Shown here in pieces: positions 1 through 12,030 of a stretch of DNA of 64,000 bases (the first letter of the stretch is position 1; each line of letters begins with the position of its first letter). The stretch spans positions 49,414,001-49,478,000 of the forward strand of contig OZ296648.1 in assembly GCA_965655095.1 (NCBI GenBank). Direction: 5' to 3'. Made by a program: the position numbers and the translations under genes. The notes under the pieces are model-generated. The model ran no database searches. It saw nothing but the letters and a program-made list of their open reading frames with translations, and was not told where the DNA came from. This DNA is from Haplodiscus bocki. Lineage: Eukaryota.

Positions 1-3000
1 CCAAAAAAAATTCGCTCACAGTCAAGAATTGTATCAATAATCACTGCTGTACATATAGTTTGAACTCTAGTTCAATTCAAGTGATACGCATGAGTTCGAA
101 GCATGCTGAATGCGCCAAATTTTGAATAATGCAAACATTTTTTGACAGCTCTTTTTTTTCTTTACAAAACTCTTCGTCGAAATAATGTGAAAAACCGGAT
201 AAATATCAGCTAAAAAATCAATTCGACTAACGCTTGTTTTTTCATCGCCTAACCAACAATTGGATTTCATGCATGTGCTTTTAGGCAGGAGAAGTGCAGC
301 AAAGTAGCAATTGCCCTCTGAAAAAAATTTGGGTGTTTAAATATTTTCGCCGAAAACTCCTCAACGGAATACCCTCGATCGCCGAAAAGTCCAGGCCAGG
401 CCAATTACAACGCTGCCAATGCAGTATCCGCTGCCTGCAAACGGATTTTACCAAATGACATCAAAAATTACAACGCGCCTTTTGAAGGAAAAGTGCTTCA
501 TCGAATAATGCAAAAACATCATTAACTCAAAGCCTTCTGTACAGAGAGGACTCAACAATATACCTTTTGTTCCTGAAAACTCCATAAATTGAAAGTTCTA
601 CGGCTGTTAACTCTCCCGAAAAAAGTTGGGGGCCGAAAGCTTGGAATGTGGTAGATCCTGAAACCGTCATAGTGTTCAAGCAAAAATCGGATAAATCGGA
701 CCAAGAGGTGTTAAGAAACTTACATTTAAAGAAACGAAATGCAAAGAGACTTCATGGACGTGAAAAAACGAAATCAATTTGACAAGTCTTTGTGCGAAAA
801 TGTTTCGCTCCGCTCGCTAAACGTAGGCATTAAAGTGCTTAGTGCAAGCCTGGCAAAGGTATTCAACCTCTTCACTACAACGCTAACTATTTGCTTATGC
901 AATGCGAGAGAGCATGCAGCCAAATCCGGACAGATTAGGCAGAGAACAACAATGAGATAACAGCGGAGGTTCAAGATAACTACCCTAACGTCAAACAATG
1001 TTTAACAAAAAGAGAAAATATTGTCATTTCAGAAGTGAACGAAAGGCTGGCATCGTTCAGCAAACGCCTTGTCGGAACAGCAAGAGTCCAAAAGATGACA
1101 AAATGTATCAAGGAAAGAAATACGAAACCTCAAACAGGAAATATACACAAAAAGCCCAGTGTTTCCGAAAAATCTCCCCCAAAAAACTGGACCAGAAGAT
1201 TTTTCACGCAACCCCAAGGTCACATGGGCACTGAGGAGACGCTGAGAGTTGTAAGGAGACACCAACTCGAGGCATGTTTCCAGGTGATGAGAGTCAGAAG
1301 GTATCGAACAGGGTAAAATTAATTGAGAAAAAATTGTTCGATAGCTAAAGAGTACCTTGGCCAGAGCACCTATCTGCGACCGAGTGTACCCTGAAATGCT
1401 CGCAGTTCCTTGTACAGACAATCCAGTGGACACAAAGAAACCCAGTTAACTTTTATTGTTTGTAGATTTGGCTAAAATTTTTTGGAACAATCGACAAAGA
1501 CAAAGGAAACGTACTTTTGACAATTTTGGACGGTAAATCCAAAAAAAATTCGCTCACAGTCAAGAATTGTATCAATAATCACTGCTGTACATATAGTTTG
1601 AACTCTAGTTCAATTCAAGTGATACGCATGAGTTCGAAGCATGCTGAATGCGCCAAATTTTGAATAATGCAAACATTTTTTGACAGCTCTTTTTTTTCTT
1701 TACAAAACTCTTTGTCGAAATAATGTGAAAAACCGGATAAATATCAGCTAAAAAATCAATTCGACTATCGCTTGTTTTTTCATCGCCTAACCAACAATTG
1801 GATTTCATGCATGTGCTTTTAGGCAGGAGAAGTGCAGCAAAGTAGCAATTGCCCTCTGAAAAAAATCTGGGTGTTTAGATATTTTCGCCGAAAACTCCTC
1901 AACGGAATACCCTCGATCGCCGAAAAGTCCAGGCCAGGCCAATTACAACGCTGCCAATGCAGTATCCGCTGCCTGCAAACGGATTTTACCAACGTGTTTG
2001 TAGTAAATGAGCGTCAATTTTAAGAAACGCCGTGGGCAATGGGGAATGATAAACCTGTTTCGATAAAATTCAAAAGGTTCTACTCTTCCTTTGACAAAAG
2101 CTGATCGAAAAAAAATGACATAAAAATGTACAACGCACCTTTTGAAGGAAAAGTGCTTAATCCAATAATGCAAAAACGTCATTATTTCTCAGCCTTCTGC
2201 TCAGACAGGACTCAACAATATACCTTTTGTTCATGAAAACTCCATAAATTGAAAGTACTACGGCTGTTAACTCTCCCGAAAAATGTTGGGGGCCGAAAGC
2301 TTAGAATGTGGTAGATCCTGAAACCGTCATAGTGTTCAAGCAAAAATCGGATAAATCGGACCAAGAGGTGTTAAGAAACTTACATTTAAAGAAACGAAAT
2401 GCAAAGAGACTTCATGGACGTGAAAAAACGAAATCAATTTGACAAGTCTTGCGCGAAAATGTTTCGCTCCGCCAGGTAAACGTAGGCGTTAAAATGTTTA
2501 GCGCAAAGCTGGTAAAAGTATTCAACCTCTTCACTACAACGCTAACTATTTGCTTATGCAATGCGAGAGAGCATGCAGCCAAATCCTGACAGATTAGGCA
2601 GAGAACAACAATGAGATAACAGCGGAGGTTCAAGATAACTACCCTAACGTCAAACAATGTTTAGCAAAGAGAGAAAATTTTGTCATTTCAGAAGTGAACG
2701 AAAGGCTGGCATTGTTCAGCAAACGCCCTGTCGGAACAGCAAGAGTCCAAAAAATGACAAAATGTATCAAGGAAAGAAATACGAAACCGGAAACAGGAAA
2801 TATACCAAAAGGCCGAGTTTTTCCAAAAAAACTCCCCAAAAAATGGACCAGAAGATTTTTCACGGAACGCCAAGGTCACATGGGCACTGAGGGGACGCTG
2901 AGAGTTATAGGGAGACACCAACTCGAGGCAAGTTTCCAGGTGATGAGAGTCATAAGGTATCCGAAAGGGTAAAAATATCTGAAAAAAATTGTTCGATAGC

Positions 3001-6000
3001 TAAAGAGTACCGTGGTGAGAGCACCTAACTATGACCGATAAGATCCTGAATTGCTCTCAGTTCTTTCTAGAGACATACCTGAGGGCATCAAGAAACCCAG
3101 TTCAATTTTATTAATTGTACAGCCGGCTCAAGTTTATTGGAACTGTCGACAAAGATAAAGGAAATCTACTTTTGACAATTTTCGACAGTAAACCCAAAAA
3201 AGTTCGCTCACAGTCAAAAATTGTATCAAAAATCACTGCTGTACATATAATTTGAACTCTTGTTCAGTTCAGGTGATACGCATGAGTTCGAAGCATGCTG
3301 AATGCGCCAAATTCTGAATAATGGAAAACATTTTTCAAGAGCTCTTCTTTTCACAATTTTTTCGTTGAAATAACGTGAAAAACACGAGAACTAATGGCTA
3401 AAGGTGAATTCAACTAGCTCTTCATTTTGCATCGCCTAATTAGCCTTGGGATACCATACGTGGGTATTAGGCCAGAGGAGTGCAACAAAGTAACAATTGC
3501 CCTGTGAAAAAAATATGGGTATTTAAATATTTTCGCCGAAAAACTCCCCAACGGAATACCTTCGATCGCTGAAAAAACCAGCCCAGGCAAGTTAGGGCGC
3601 CGCTAGCGCAGCTAAAAAATAAGCAAACGGATCCTACCAATGTATTTTTAGTAAAAGAGCGTCAAAATTCAGAAACGCAGTGGGCAATGGGGAAAGTTAA
3701 GTCTGTTTCGATAAAATTCAAAAGGTTCTACGCTTCTTTTGAAAAAATTGGCCGAGAAAAGATTTGACAAAACATATCACAAAGCGTCGTTTGAGTGACT
3801 AAAGTTCATCGATTATTGCAAAAACGGCATCATTTTGACGCCTCCTGTACAGACTGGACTCAAAAGTATACCCCCTGCTCACAAAAACTCCATAAATTGA
3901 AAGTTCTACGGCTGTTAACTCCCCAGAACAAAGTTCGGCGGCAGAAAGTTTGGAAAATGATAGATCATGAACCCATCATAAATAATAAACAAAAATCAGA
4001 TAAATCGGGCCAAAAAGTGTTGACAAAATTACATTTGAATAGATGAGATGCAGTGAGATTACACTTACGAGGAAAAAACGAAATCAGTTCGACGAGCCTT
4101 TGTGCGAAGAGGTTTCGTTCCGCTCGACTAAACGTAGGCGCTATGGTGCTTAGCGCAAAGCTCTCAAAAATAATCAACCTCTTGGCTACAAGGCTAACTA
4201 CTTTCTTATGCAATGCGAGAGAGCATGCAGCCAAATCCGGACAGATTAGGCAGAGAACAACAATGAGATAACAGCGGAGGTTCAAGATAACTATACTAAC
4301 ATCAAACTATTTTTCAGCAGGAAGAGACAAATTTGACATTTCAAATGTCAATGGAAGCCAGCCGTTTTTTAGCAAACGCCGTCTCAGAGCAGTGAGCTTC
4401 CAGAAACTGACAAAGGTAGCAAGTAGATAAATACGTTAGCGGAAACAAAAAAAATTTCTAAAACAGCCGAGTTTCTCCGAAAACTTTCCAGAAAAAACTG
4501 GACCAGAAGACTTTTCACGCAACCCCGAGGTCACATGCGCACTCAAGAGATGCTGAGAGTTTTTAGGAGACACCTACTCGAAACAAGTTTCCAGGTGATG
4601 AGAGTCATAAAATATCGGAAAGTGTAGAAATATCTGAAAAAAATTGTTCGATAGCTAAAGAGTACCGTGGTCAGAGCACCCATTTACGACCAAGAGTATC
4701 CTGAAATGCCTTCAGTTCCTTCTACAGACAATCCTGTCGGCATCAAGAAACCCAGTTCAGTTTTATTGTTTGTACAGCCGGCTATAATTTTTTGGAACTG
4801 TCGATAAAGGTAAAGGAAACCTACTTTTGACAATTTTCGACAGTAAATCCAAAAAAGTTCGCTCACAGTCAAAAATTGTATCAAAAATCACTGCTGTACA
4901 TATAATTTGAACTCTTGTTCAGTTCAGGTGATACGCATGAGTTCGAAGCATGCTGAATGCGCCAAATTCTGAATAATGGAAAACATTTTTCAAGAGCTCT
5001 TCTTTTCACAATTTTTTCGTTGAAATAACGTGAAAAACACGAGAACTAATGGCTAAAGGTGAATTCAACTAGCTCTTCATTTTGCATCGCCTAATTAGCC
5101 TTGGGATACCATACGTGGGTATTAGGCCAGAGGAGTGCAACAAAGTAACAATTGCCCTGTGAAAAAAATATGGGTATTTAAATATTTTCGCCGAAAAACT
5201 CCCCAACGGAATACCTTCGATCGCTGAAAAAACCAGCCCAGGCAAGTTAGGGCGCCGCTAGCGCAGCTAAAAAATAAGCAAACGGATCCTACCAATGTAT
5301 TTTTAGTAAAAGAGCGTCAAAATTCAGAAACGCAGTGGGCAATGGGGAAAGTTAAGTCTGTTTCGATAAAATTCAAAAGGTTCTACGCTTCTTTTGAAAA
5401 AATTGGCCGAGAAAAGATTTGACAAAACATATCACAAAGCGTCGTTTGAGTGACTAAAGTTCATCGATTATTGCAAAAACGGCATCATTTTGACGCCTCC
5501 TGTACAGACTGGACTCGAAAGTATACCCCCTGCTCATAAAAACTCCATAAATTGAAAGTTCTACGGCTGTTAACTCTCCCGAAAAATGTTGGGGGCCGAA
5601 AGCTTGGAATGTGGTAGATCCTGAATCCGTCATAGTGTTCAAGCAAAAATCAGATAAATCGGACCAAGATGTGTTGAGAAATTTACATTCAAAGAGATGA
5701 AATGCAAAGAGACATCATGGACGTAAAAAAAAAAACGAAATCAATTTGACAAGTCTTTGTGCCAAAATGTTTCGCTCCGCTCGCTAAACGTAGGCGCTAA
5801 AGTGTTTAGCGCAAGGCTGGTAAAAGTATTCAACCTCTTCAGTACAACGCTAACCATTTGCTTATGCAATGCGAGAGAGCATGCAGCCAAATCCGGACAG
5901 ATTAGGCAGAGAACAACAATGAGATAACAGCGGAGGTTCAAGATAACTACCCTAACGTCAAACAATGTTTATCAAAGAGAGAAAATCTTGTCATCTCAGA

Positions 6001-7440
6001 ATTGAACGAAAAGGTGTCATTGTTCAGCAAACGCCTTGTCAGAACAGCAAGATTCCAAAAGATGTCAAAATGTATCAAGGAGAGAAATACGAAACCGCAA
6101 ACAGGAAATATGCCAAAAAAACGAGTGTTTCCGAAAAATCTCCCCAAAAAAATGGACCAGAAGATTTCTCACGGAATGCCAAGGTCACATGGGCACTGAG
6201 GGGACGCTGAGAGTTATACGGAGACACCAACTCGAGGCAAGTTTCCAGGTGATGAGAGTCATAAGGTATCCGGAAGGGTAAAAATATCTGAAAAAAATTG
6301 TTCGATAGCTAAAGAGTACCGTGGTGAGAGCACCTAACTATGACCGAAAAGATCCTGAATTGCTCTCAGTTCTTTCTAGAGACATACCTGAGGGCATCAA
6401 GAAACCCAGTTAACTTTTATTGTTTGTAGAGATGGCTAAAATTTTTTCGAACAATCGACAAAGATAAAGGAAACGTACTTTTGACAATTTTGGACAGTAA
6501 ATCCAAAAAAAAATTCGCTCACAGTCAAGAATTGTATCAAAAATCACTGCTGTACATATAGTTTGAACTCTAGTTCAATTCAAGTGATACGCATGAGTTC
6601 GAAGCATGCTGAATGCCCCAAATTTTGAAAAATGCAAACATTTTTCGAGTGCTCTTTTTTTTCTTTACAAAATTCTTTGCTGAAATAATGTGAAAAACCG
6701 GATAAACATCAGCTCAAAAAAATTGGACTAACGCTTGTTTTTTCATCGCCGAACCAACAATGGGATTTCATGCATGTGCTTTTAGGCAGGAGAGGTGCAA
6801 CAAAGTAGCAATTGCCCTCTGAAAAAAATCTGGGTGTTTAAATATTTTCGCCAAAAACTCCTCAACGGAATACCCTCGATCGCCGAAAAGTCCAGGCCAG
6901 GCCAATTACAACGCTGCCAATGCAGATAAGAAGTAAGCAAACGGATTTTACCAATGTGTTTGTAGTAAATGAGCGTCAAATTTAATAAACACCGTGGGCA
7001 ATGGGGAATGATAAACCTGTTTCGATAAAATTCAAAAGGTTCTGCTCTTCCTTTGACAAAAGCTGATCGAAAAAAAATGACATAAAAAATTTCAACGCGC
7101 CTTTTGAAGGAAAAGTGCTTCATCGAATAATGCAAAAACGTCATTATTTCTATGCCTTCTGTACAGACAGGACTCAACAATATACCTTTTGTTCATGAAA
7201 ACTCCATAAATTGAAAGTTCTACGGCTGTTAACTCTCCCGAAAAATGGTGGGGGCCGAAAGTTTGGAATATGGCAGATCGTGAATCCGTCGTAGTTTTTA
7301 AACAAAATTCCAATAAATCGGACCAATATGTGTCGAGAGAAATACGTTTAATGAGATGAGATGAAGAAAGATTTCTCGGACGGGAAAAAACGAAATCATT
7401 ATGACGTGCCCTTGTGCGAAAAGGCTTCACTCCGCTCACT
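1..7440. repeat. Tandem array of ~1655-bp units: 4 complete units starting at ~819, 2478, 4130 and 5786, plus a partial unit running off the left edge
   Basis: Marker TTCGCTCACAGTCAA at 11, 1549, 3203, 4858, 6514. The first spacing is shortened by a ~117-bp deletion near 453. The same pseudo-ORFs recur in the ORF track. Confidence 0.97.
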
Positions 7441-7542
7441 TAAAATAACGCCGATAAAAAGGCGAGCTCGGTTCACTCAAAGCCCCTAAAATGAGTCCTC
7501 ATGTTACTCGGTTCTTAGTAATGCGCCGGCTGAAAAAAAAAA
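7441..7542. mobile_element. HINE/DINE-1-like terminus closing the tandem array
   Basis: gagtc...tcggttcttagtaatgcgccggctgaaaa aligns with the hairpin plus A-run end of the element at 42635-42680 (aagtc...gtcggctctttctacgaaagcgccgactaaaaa). Confidence 0.55.
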
Positions 7543-7989
7543 GAGGACAAAACTACTTCAGAATTTTTTGTCTTACGTCTAACTTCTAAAGTTTTGCATT
7601 TTCTGAAGTAGTTATGAGTGTGATTCACGAAGGAACAAAACGAAAGTTCTTTTCGTGGTTCTTGAGTTAGAATAGATGTAAAATTTCTGGGATATTTCAA
7701 AAAAAATAATCTGATATTTGAAGAAAATTATTATCTGTTCTCATAAAAAGCTCCTTGAATGTCTCACAAACGACGATATTTTAATTATTGAGTGTTTCGA
7801 TTTTAACCAGTGTTTTCTGAGAATGGCTTCTCTGGTTGGATTTATAGAGAATTTCAGCTCTGCTTAGCTCTGAATCATGGAAAATAGCGATGACTATTTT
7901 GCGCTGATTAGACGCTGTGCATTACCTGCAAATTTCTGGGAAAAAATGAAAAAAACCGTTGGTTTCATTGACTCCGGGAAGCTGCTGCC

Positions 7990-8300
7990 ACGGGATACAG
8001 ATGTTCCTGGAGTAAATGAGGAGTACATTATACAAGTCTCGGAAGAAATAGAAGGAAAACTGCCTAAAAATTGTCTCAGGAGTTTAGCAGGACAAAGAGT
8101 CGGATTCTGGGCACTCTGTCGAAACTGGACAATTTTCTTCTGAACTCACAAGTTCGGATGCAATCCGGAACCGCTCCGAAGACTTCCCGGAATTACGACA
8201 GGGAAAACCAGGAGTACAGTGAAGACCGTTGCCGGAATGATCTTCATCCTGGAGCGGGTACTTTGGTCAACAGGGCCCCGCAATCCGTGAATTTAGAATT
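7990..8300 (+). pseudogene. Frameshifted ORF fragment homologous to 22380-22760 (probable LTR-retrotransposon gag N-terminus)
   Basis: NEEYIIQVSEEIEGK/SQEFSRTKSRILGTLSKLDNFLLNSQVRMQSGT...NDLHP matches NEGYITQVSKEKEVRVTKKLSQEFSSRILSALAK*DDFLLNPQIRSQSGT...NDPHP at 22.5 kb. The gag assignment is inference from LTR context. Confidence 0.6.
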
Positions 8301-9068
8301 AAATTTGTTTTTTCCTCTGAGAATTTGTTCATTTTTGGTCTCTCCAGGTATTTAAATAGTTTGTCCCGGATTAATATTTTGAATATCGCTTTTTACAGCT
8401 CTGTTTCTCGCTACTCGGTAATCAGTATCAGGATCTTGATTAATTCCAATTATTAAGATAAAATGACATTGAGCTGATGTGTGGAGTTACGAATGTGAGA
8501 TCATCTTACTTATCCCCATGATTTTGTTGGAAACTTCTACGGTCAAAATTGCAAAAGTTACCAATAGCCAACATTCGATAATTTTGGCTCAAACTGGCGT
8601 TTTTTTCATCTTTGATCCACTGATCCACTTAAAAATCGTTTTCCTGCAGAATTTCCATTCAAAAATTTCCCCTGAATATCTTGAAGCCACTGACATTTTT
8701 TGAATCACAAACTAATTTGGAACAGCAAAAAATGAGATCCCAAAATCGCTATTTTTGAATTTATTTGTTTTTAAAAAGGATTTTGAAATTTGTAAGTTTC
8801 AAAAACTCCATTTTTTAGAATGTTTCAACGAAAATTTGCTATTAAAAGTTATCACTGCCTTCAGGAGATTCAAGGGATTCGTTGTGGATGAAAAAATTTT
8901 GCGAAAAGTATTGTACAACTTTTATCAAAAGTGGACCAATAGTCTTTGCTCATTTAATTTAAGTAGCCAATGAGATTTCTCAAATGATGTCTATTTTGAG
9001 CTCCTTATTGCAATTGTTTTTAACAATACTGTAGTATGCGGCTTACATTCACTTTTTTTCTAGTAGGC

Positions 9069-9205
9069 AGTCTACATTTTACGGAAGTACGAATTTATCT
9101 AGCAATAAAATTCTCGGCAGAGGTATTTTTTTGGCATATCGAAGAGAAAGCACCATTCGCTCAATGATCGCACATTTTTAGACGGCATAACAGACGGCAT
9201 ATAAA
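9069..9205. repeat. Dispersed repeat, diverged copy of 15417-15575
   Basis: Shared gtctacattttacg...tatct...caataaaa.tctcggc and cacc...ttcgct...tgatc.ca.att...gac.gcataa.agac. Confidence 0.6.
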
Positions 9206-9878
9206 TAATTGGCTACAATTTACTGATAAAGGAATATGCCATTTGCCAGTGATCAACAAGCCGAACGATATTTTTTTGAGCTCAAACAGTCGTGTACATC
9301 AAAAAGTTCGCTATAATTTTTTTGGAGGCGCAGGACGATAAGTACTCAGCAATTTTTGAAATTACTGTTTGGGTAGTTTACCTTTGGTGGCTGCTACGGG
9401 ACTGTCTCGATAGAAAGAAAAGTTAATTTTGTTTTTTCTATACGAAAAAAATAGAAAAGACAAAAAACTAGAGGTGGAGTTGGGATAAGTCACACAACTT
9501 ACATAGTAGTTTACATTGACTGCGAGCAATTTTATCTCAACAGAAGAGGAACCAACTGGTTGCTCGCTGGGTTTTCAACTATTATGAGCAACTAAACTGA
9601 ACTCGGTTCACGGTCGGGAACGGCTGGGTTGCAGATCGCGACTAGTAATGGTTTCGAGGCTCGGCTTGAATAAAAAAAAAGTATTTTAGTTGAATAATAG
9701 AGAGAACAAACGAAATTACCTGTAGTGAGAAGGTGGGGTGGGTAAAGAGTTATTACATCAAAATGTTAGGTGTGAAGTCAACCAACAAAACAGGAAGCAC
9801 TAAGGTAAGTTTCGAAAATGTGACTCGCCGTTGAAAATATATATACAGGCAAAATTTTATTTACAAACATATATCTAC

Positions 9879-9881
<3 letters not shown>

Positions 9882-9944
<63 letters not shown>
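9882..9944. repeat. (TA)n microsatellite, ~31 units
   Basis: Directly visible. Confidence 0.98.
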
Positions 9945-9946
<2 letters not shown>

Positions 9947-11149
9947 GGCAAAAAACAGAAAGATTTGAACAGAGAAAAAAATAAACTTGTAGCAATTCTG
10001 TTTTGTCAGGTTATGACTGAAATGTCTGGTTTTGTCACGTTAAATTATGACTAGTACCTCTAACACTGTTGCACTGCACCTTTGTCCAGTGGATTTTAAG
10101 CCTTGTCTGGGTTGATTATGTATTCTTTTTCGTTCAATTTGAGGCAGTTTCACTGCCTACTACCTTCTAGACTTCCGTCTCGCAAATTAAGCAAAGTTAC
10201 AAATCTGTAAGGTCCTTCAGTTGTTGACGAAATGGATCACATTGCAAACATGTTCGCAGACCATTGTTCAAGCGTGAGAAGCCGCGAAAATGCCGCAGCA
10301 GCGATAGGTGGGCCGTAGAATCGTGTCCAGATGAAAACCTTATGCGAGGGTGAACAAGGGCACATAACTAAAATTACGTAGACAACGACCCACTTTCTTG
10401 TAGCATTTCTCGCGAGGAAAAAGGGGCACAATCAAGCACATGAAAAAGAAGAAAAAGGAGGAGGTGTCATTCGTCAGGGGCGGCTGTTGGCCTTGGAAAA
10501 AGAGCATCTCTAGAATTGTTAGGAGGTACCAATTGCTGAGGGTGACAGCTGTGAGGATGAAACAATCCCGTGTGATTTCGAAGATGTGCTTCAAGAAAGC
10601 CTAATTTTCTAAAGACAGGGTCCCCACTAGTTTTGTTAAATCTAAGTTATTTGATCACTCTTTGAGAGTGTGTTTTTTAAAATCGCCTCGCAGAGTTCCT
10701 TAATGTTACTGTAGGTGCGATTGTAGCCTCGTCGAAACCTTGTGGGCGCTTGTCGACGGAGTCTAATTCAGGGTGCCCTTAAGTAGCAAACTCTTCGAGG
10801 TCAAAATTAGAGAAGGTTGAAACGTTGGAAGCGTCCGGTTACTCTGGCGGGGGTGGAAATTCACGCAAGCAATTTCGAGTTGGCTAATCAAAGAAAACAT
10901 CGGCTTCCCGGTTCAGTGCAGGGAGTAAGCTGATGTCAGTGGATGGTAGCACGAAACTACCTTAAATTAAATTAGCTTGAGTTTTCCGAAGAACAACCGT
11001 TCGAGAATGGGTGTTTCTTTGCAAAACACTAGTTCCGTCAAGGAGTTGAACCAAGTTCTCGGGGGGGGGGGGGTCATAGCCTTTTTGCCACTGCATGTGT
11101 ATATTTCGAAACCAGATGGACGCATGGAAGGAAATGTGAAACAACTCAA

Positions 11150-12030
11150 AATTGGAAAGTTTTCCTGACGCAACCATTTCAGCGAAATCTCTATTGTAGT
11201 GTTTATAGTAGGAAAATACTCCGAGGGAAAATGACTTCTCTCTGATTGTTGGCAATTGGAGACTTCCTGGTGGCAACACTTTTGCTGAGATTAGCAGCCT
11301 CCAATCGTCTTGCAGATACTATGGCCAAGAACGGGGAAACGAATCCAAAAATAATTCCCATTGAGTCGATTTTGTTCTGAGATTCGCTGTGCAACTTTTT
11401 TCGAAGAACTCTTCGAAATGCCAGGTGTTTTCTTCTGCGGTGATGGAAAAAGTATTTCAATCATCTATGTAAATAACAGTTGTTTTTCTTGTCAAGCCAA
11501 CCAAAACTTGTTCTATCAGGTTTTGGAACGTGTTCGAGCAGTCATATATTCCCTGAGGCGTTCTGAGCTATTTGAACGACACAAAATGTGTACTAACTGC
11601 AGTAAAGTATTGGAATTCTTCGTTTATTGGAAACTGCTAGAATCCCTACGATATATCGACTGTGGTTGAGTCTTCACTTTCTTCAAGCGAGTGAAAAGAA
11701 TCCTCAATGAGAAGCATGGACCAACAGGACTCGATAGTTTGCCTACTTATTTGGTTGTACTCAATTGTAAGATCTAATTTGCCGTTTCTGTTCCTGTTGA
11801 GCCCGTCTGGTGCACTTTATGGAATATGGCAGGCTGTGATAAGCTTCTTCTCGAGAAAAGCATCATTTTTTAACCCAAATCTTCATTGTAATACTAGGAC
11901 ATCCTTCGATTGGGCGATTTACATGGTCTGGATCCGGGCTGAACTTGTATCTGGCCGGCAGTGACATCCCACTCCCACTAGCCAATGTCCCATTTACTTC
12001 TCGAAGACACGTCGAACAAATCGCTGATCA
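11150..12030 (-). pseudogene. Gypsy reverse transcriptase relic
   Basis: Translation with stops: SRSKWDIG..QVQPGSRP..PNRRM..DAFLEKKLITACH..SAP..NGKLDLTIEY..TVDIS*GF*Q..FTAVSTHF..NTFQNLIEQVLVGLTRKTTVIYIDD. YIDD is at 11460-11471. Confidence 0.9.

Noticed and set aside
68-130. Pol III A/B box or Sm-site RNA gene (TAGTTCAATT, GTTCGAAGC, AATTTTGA) in the array unit
   Set aside because: A-B spacing (~25 nt) is too short for a tRNA, there is no cloverleaf, and the Sm-like site is altered in B-type units.
1284-1394. C/D-box snoRNA in each array unit (GTGATGA ... CTGA, ~110 nt)
   Set aside because: The boxes are retained, but the would-be guide upstream of the D box is the most variable part of the unit and the terminal stem is poor.
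67-7439. Recurrent 60-134 aa ORFs in the tandem array as a multigene family
   Set aside because: Lengths, frames and stops differ between units, homopolymer indels shift frames freely, ORFs overlap on both strands, and no domain motif is present.
1-7440. CRISPR-like repeat/spacer organisation
   Set aside because: The context is eukaryotic, the segments between conserved blocks are homologous variants rather than unique spacers, and there are no cas genes.
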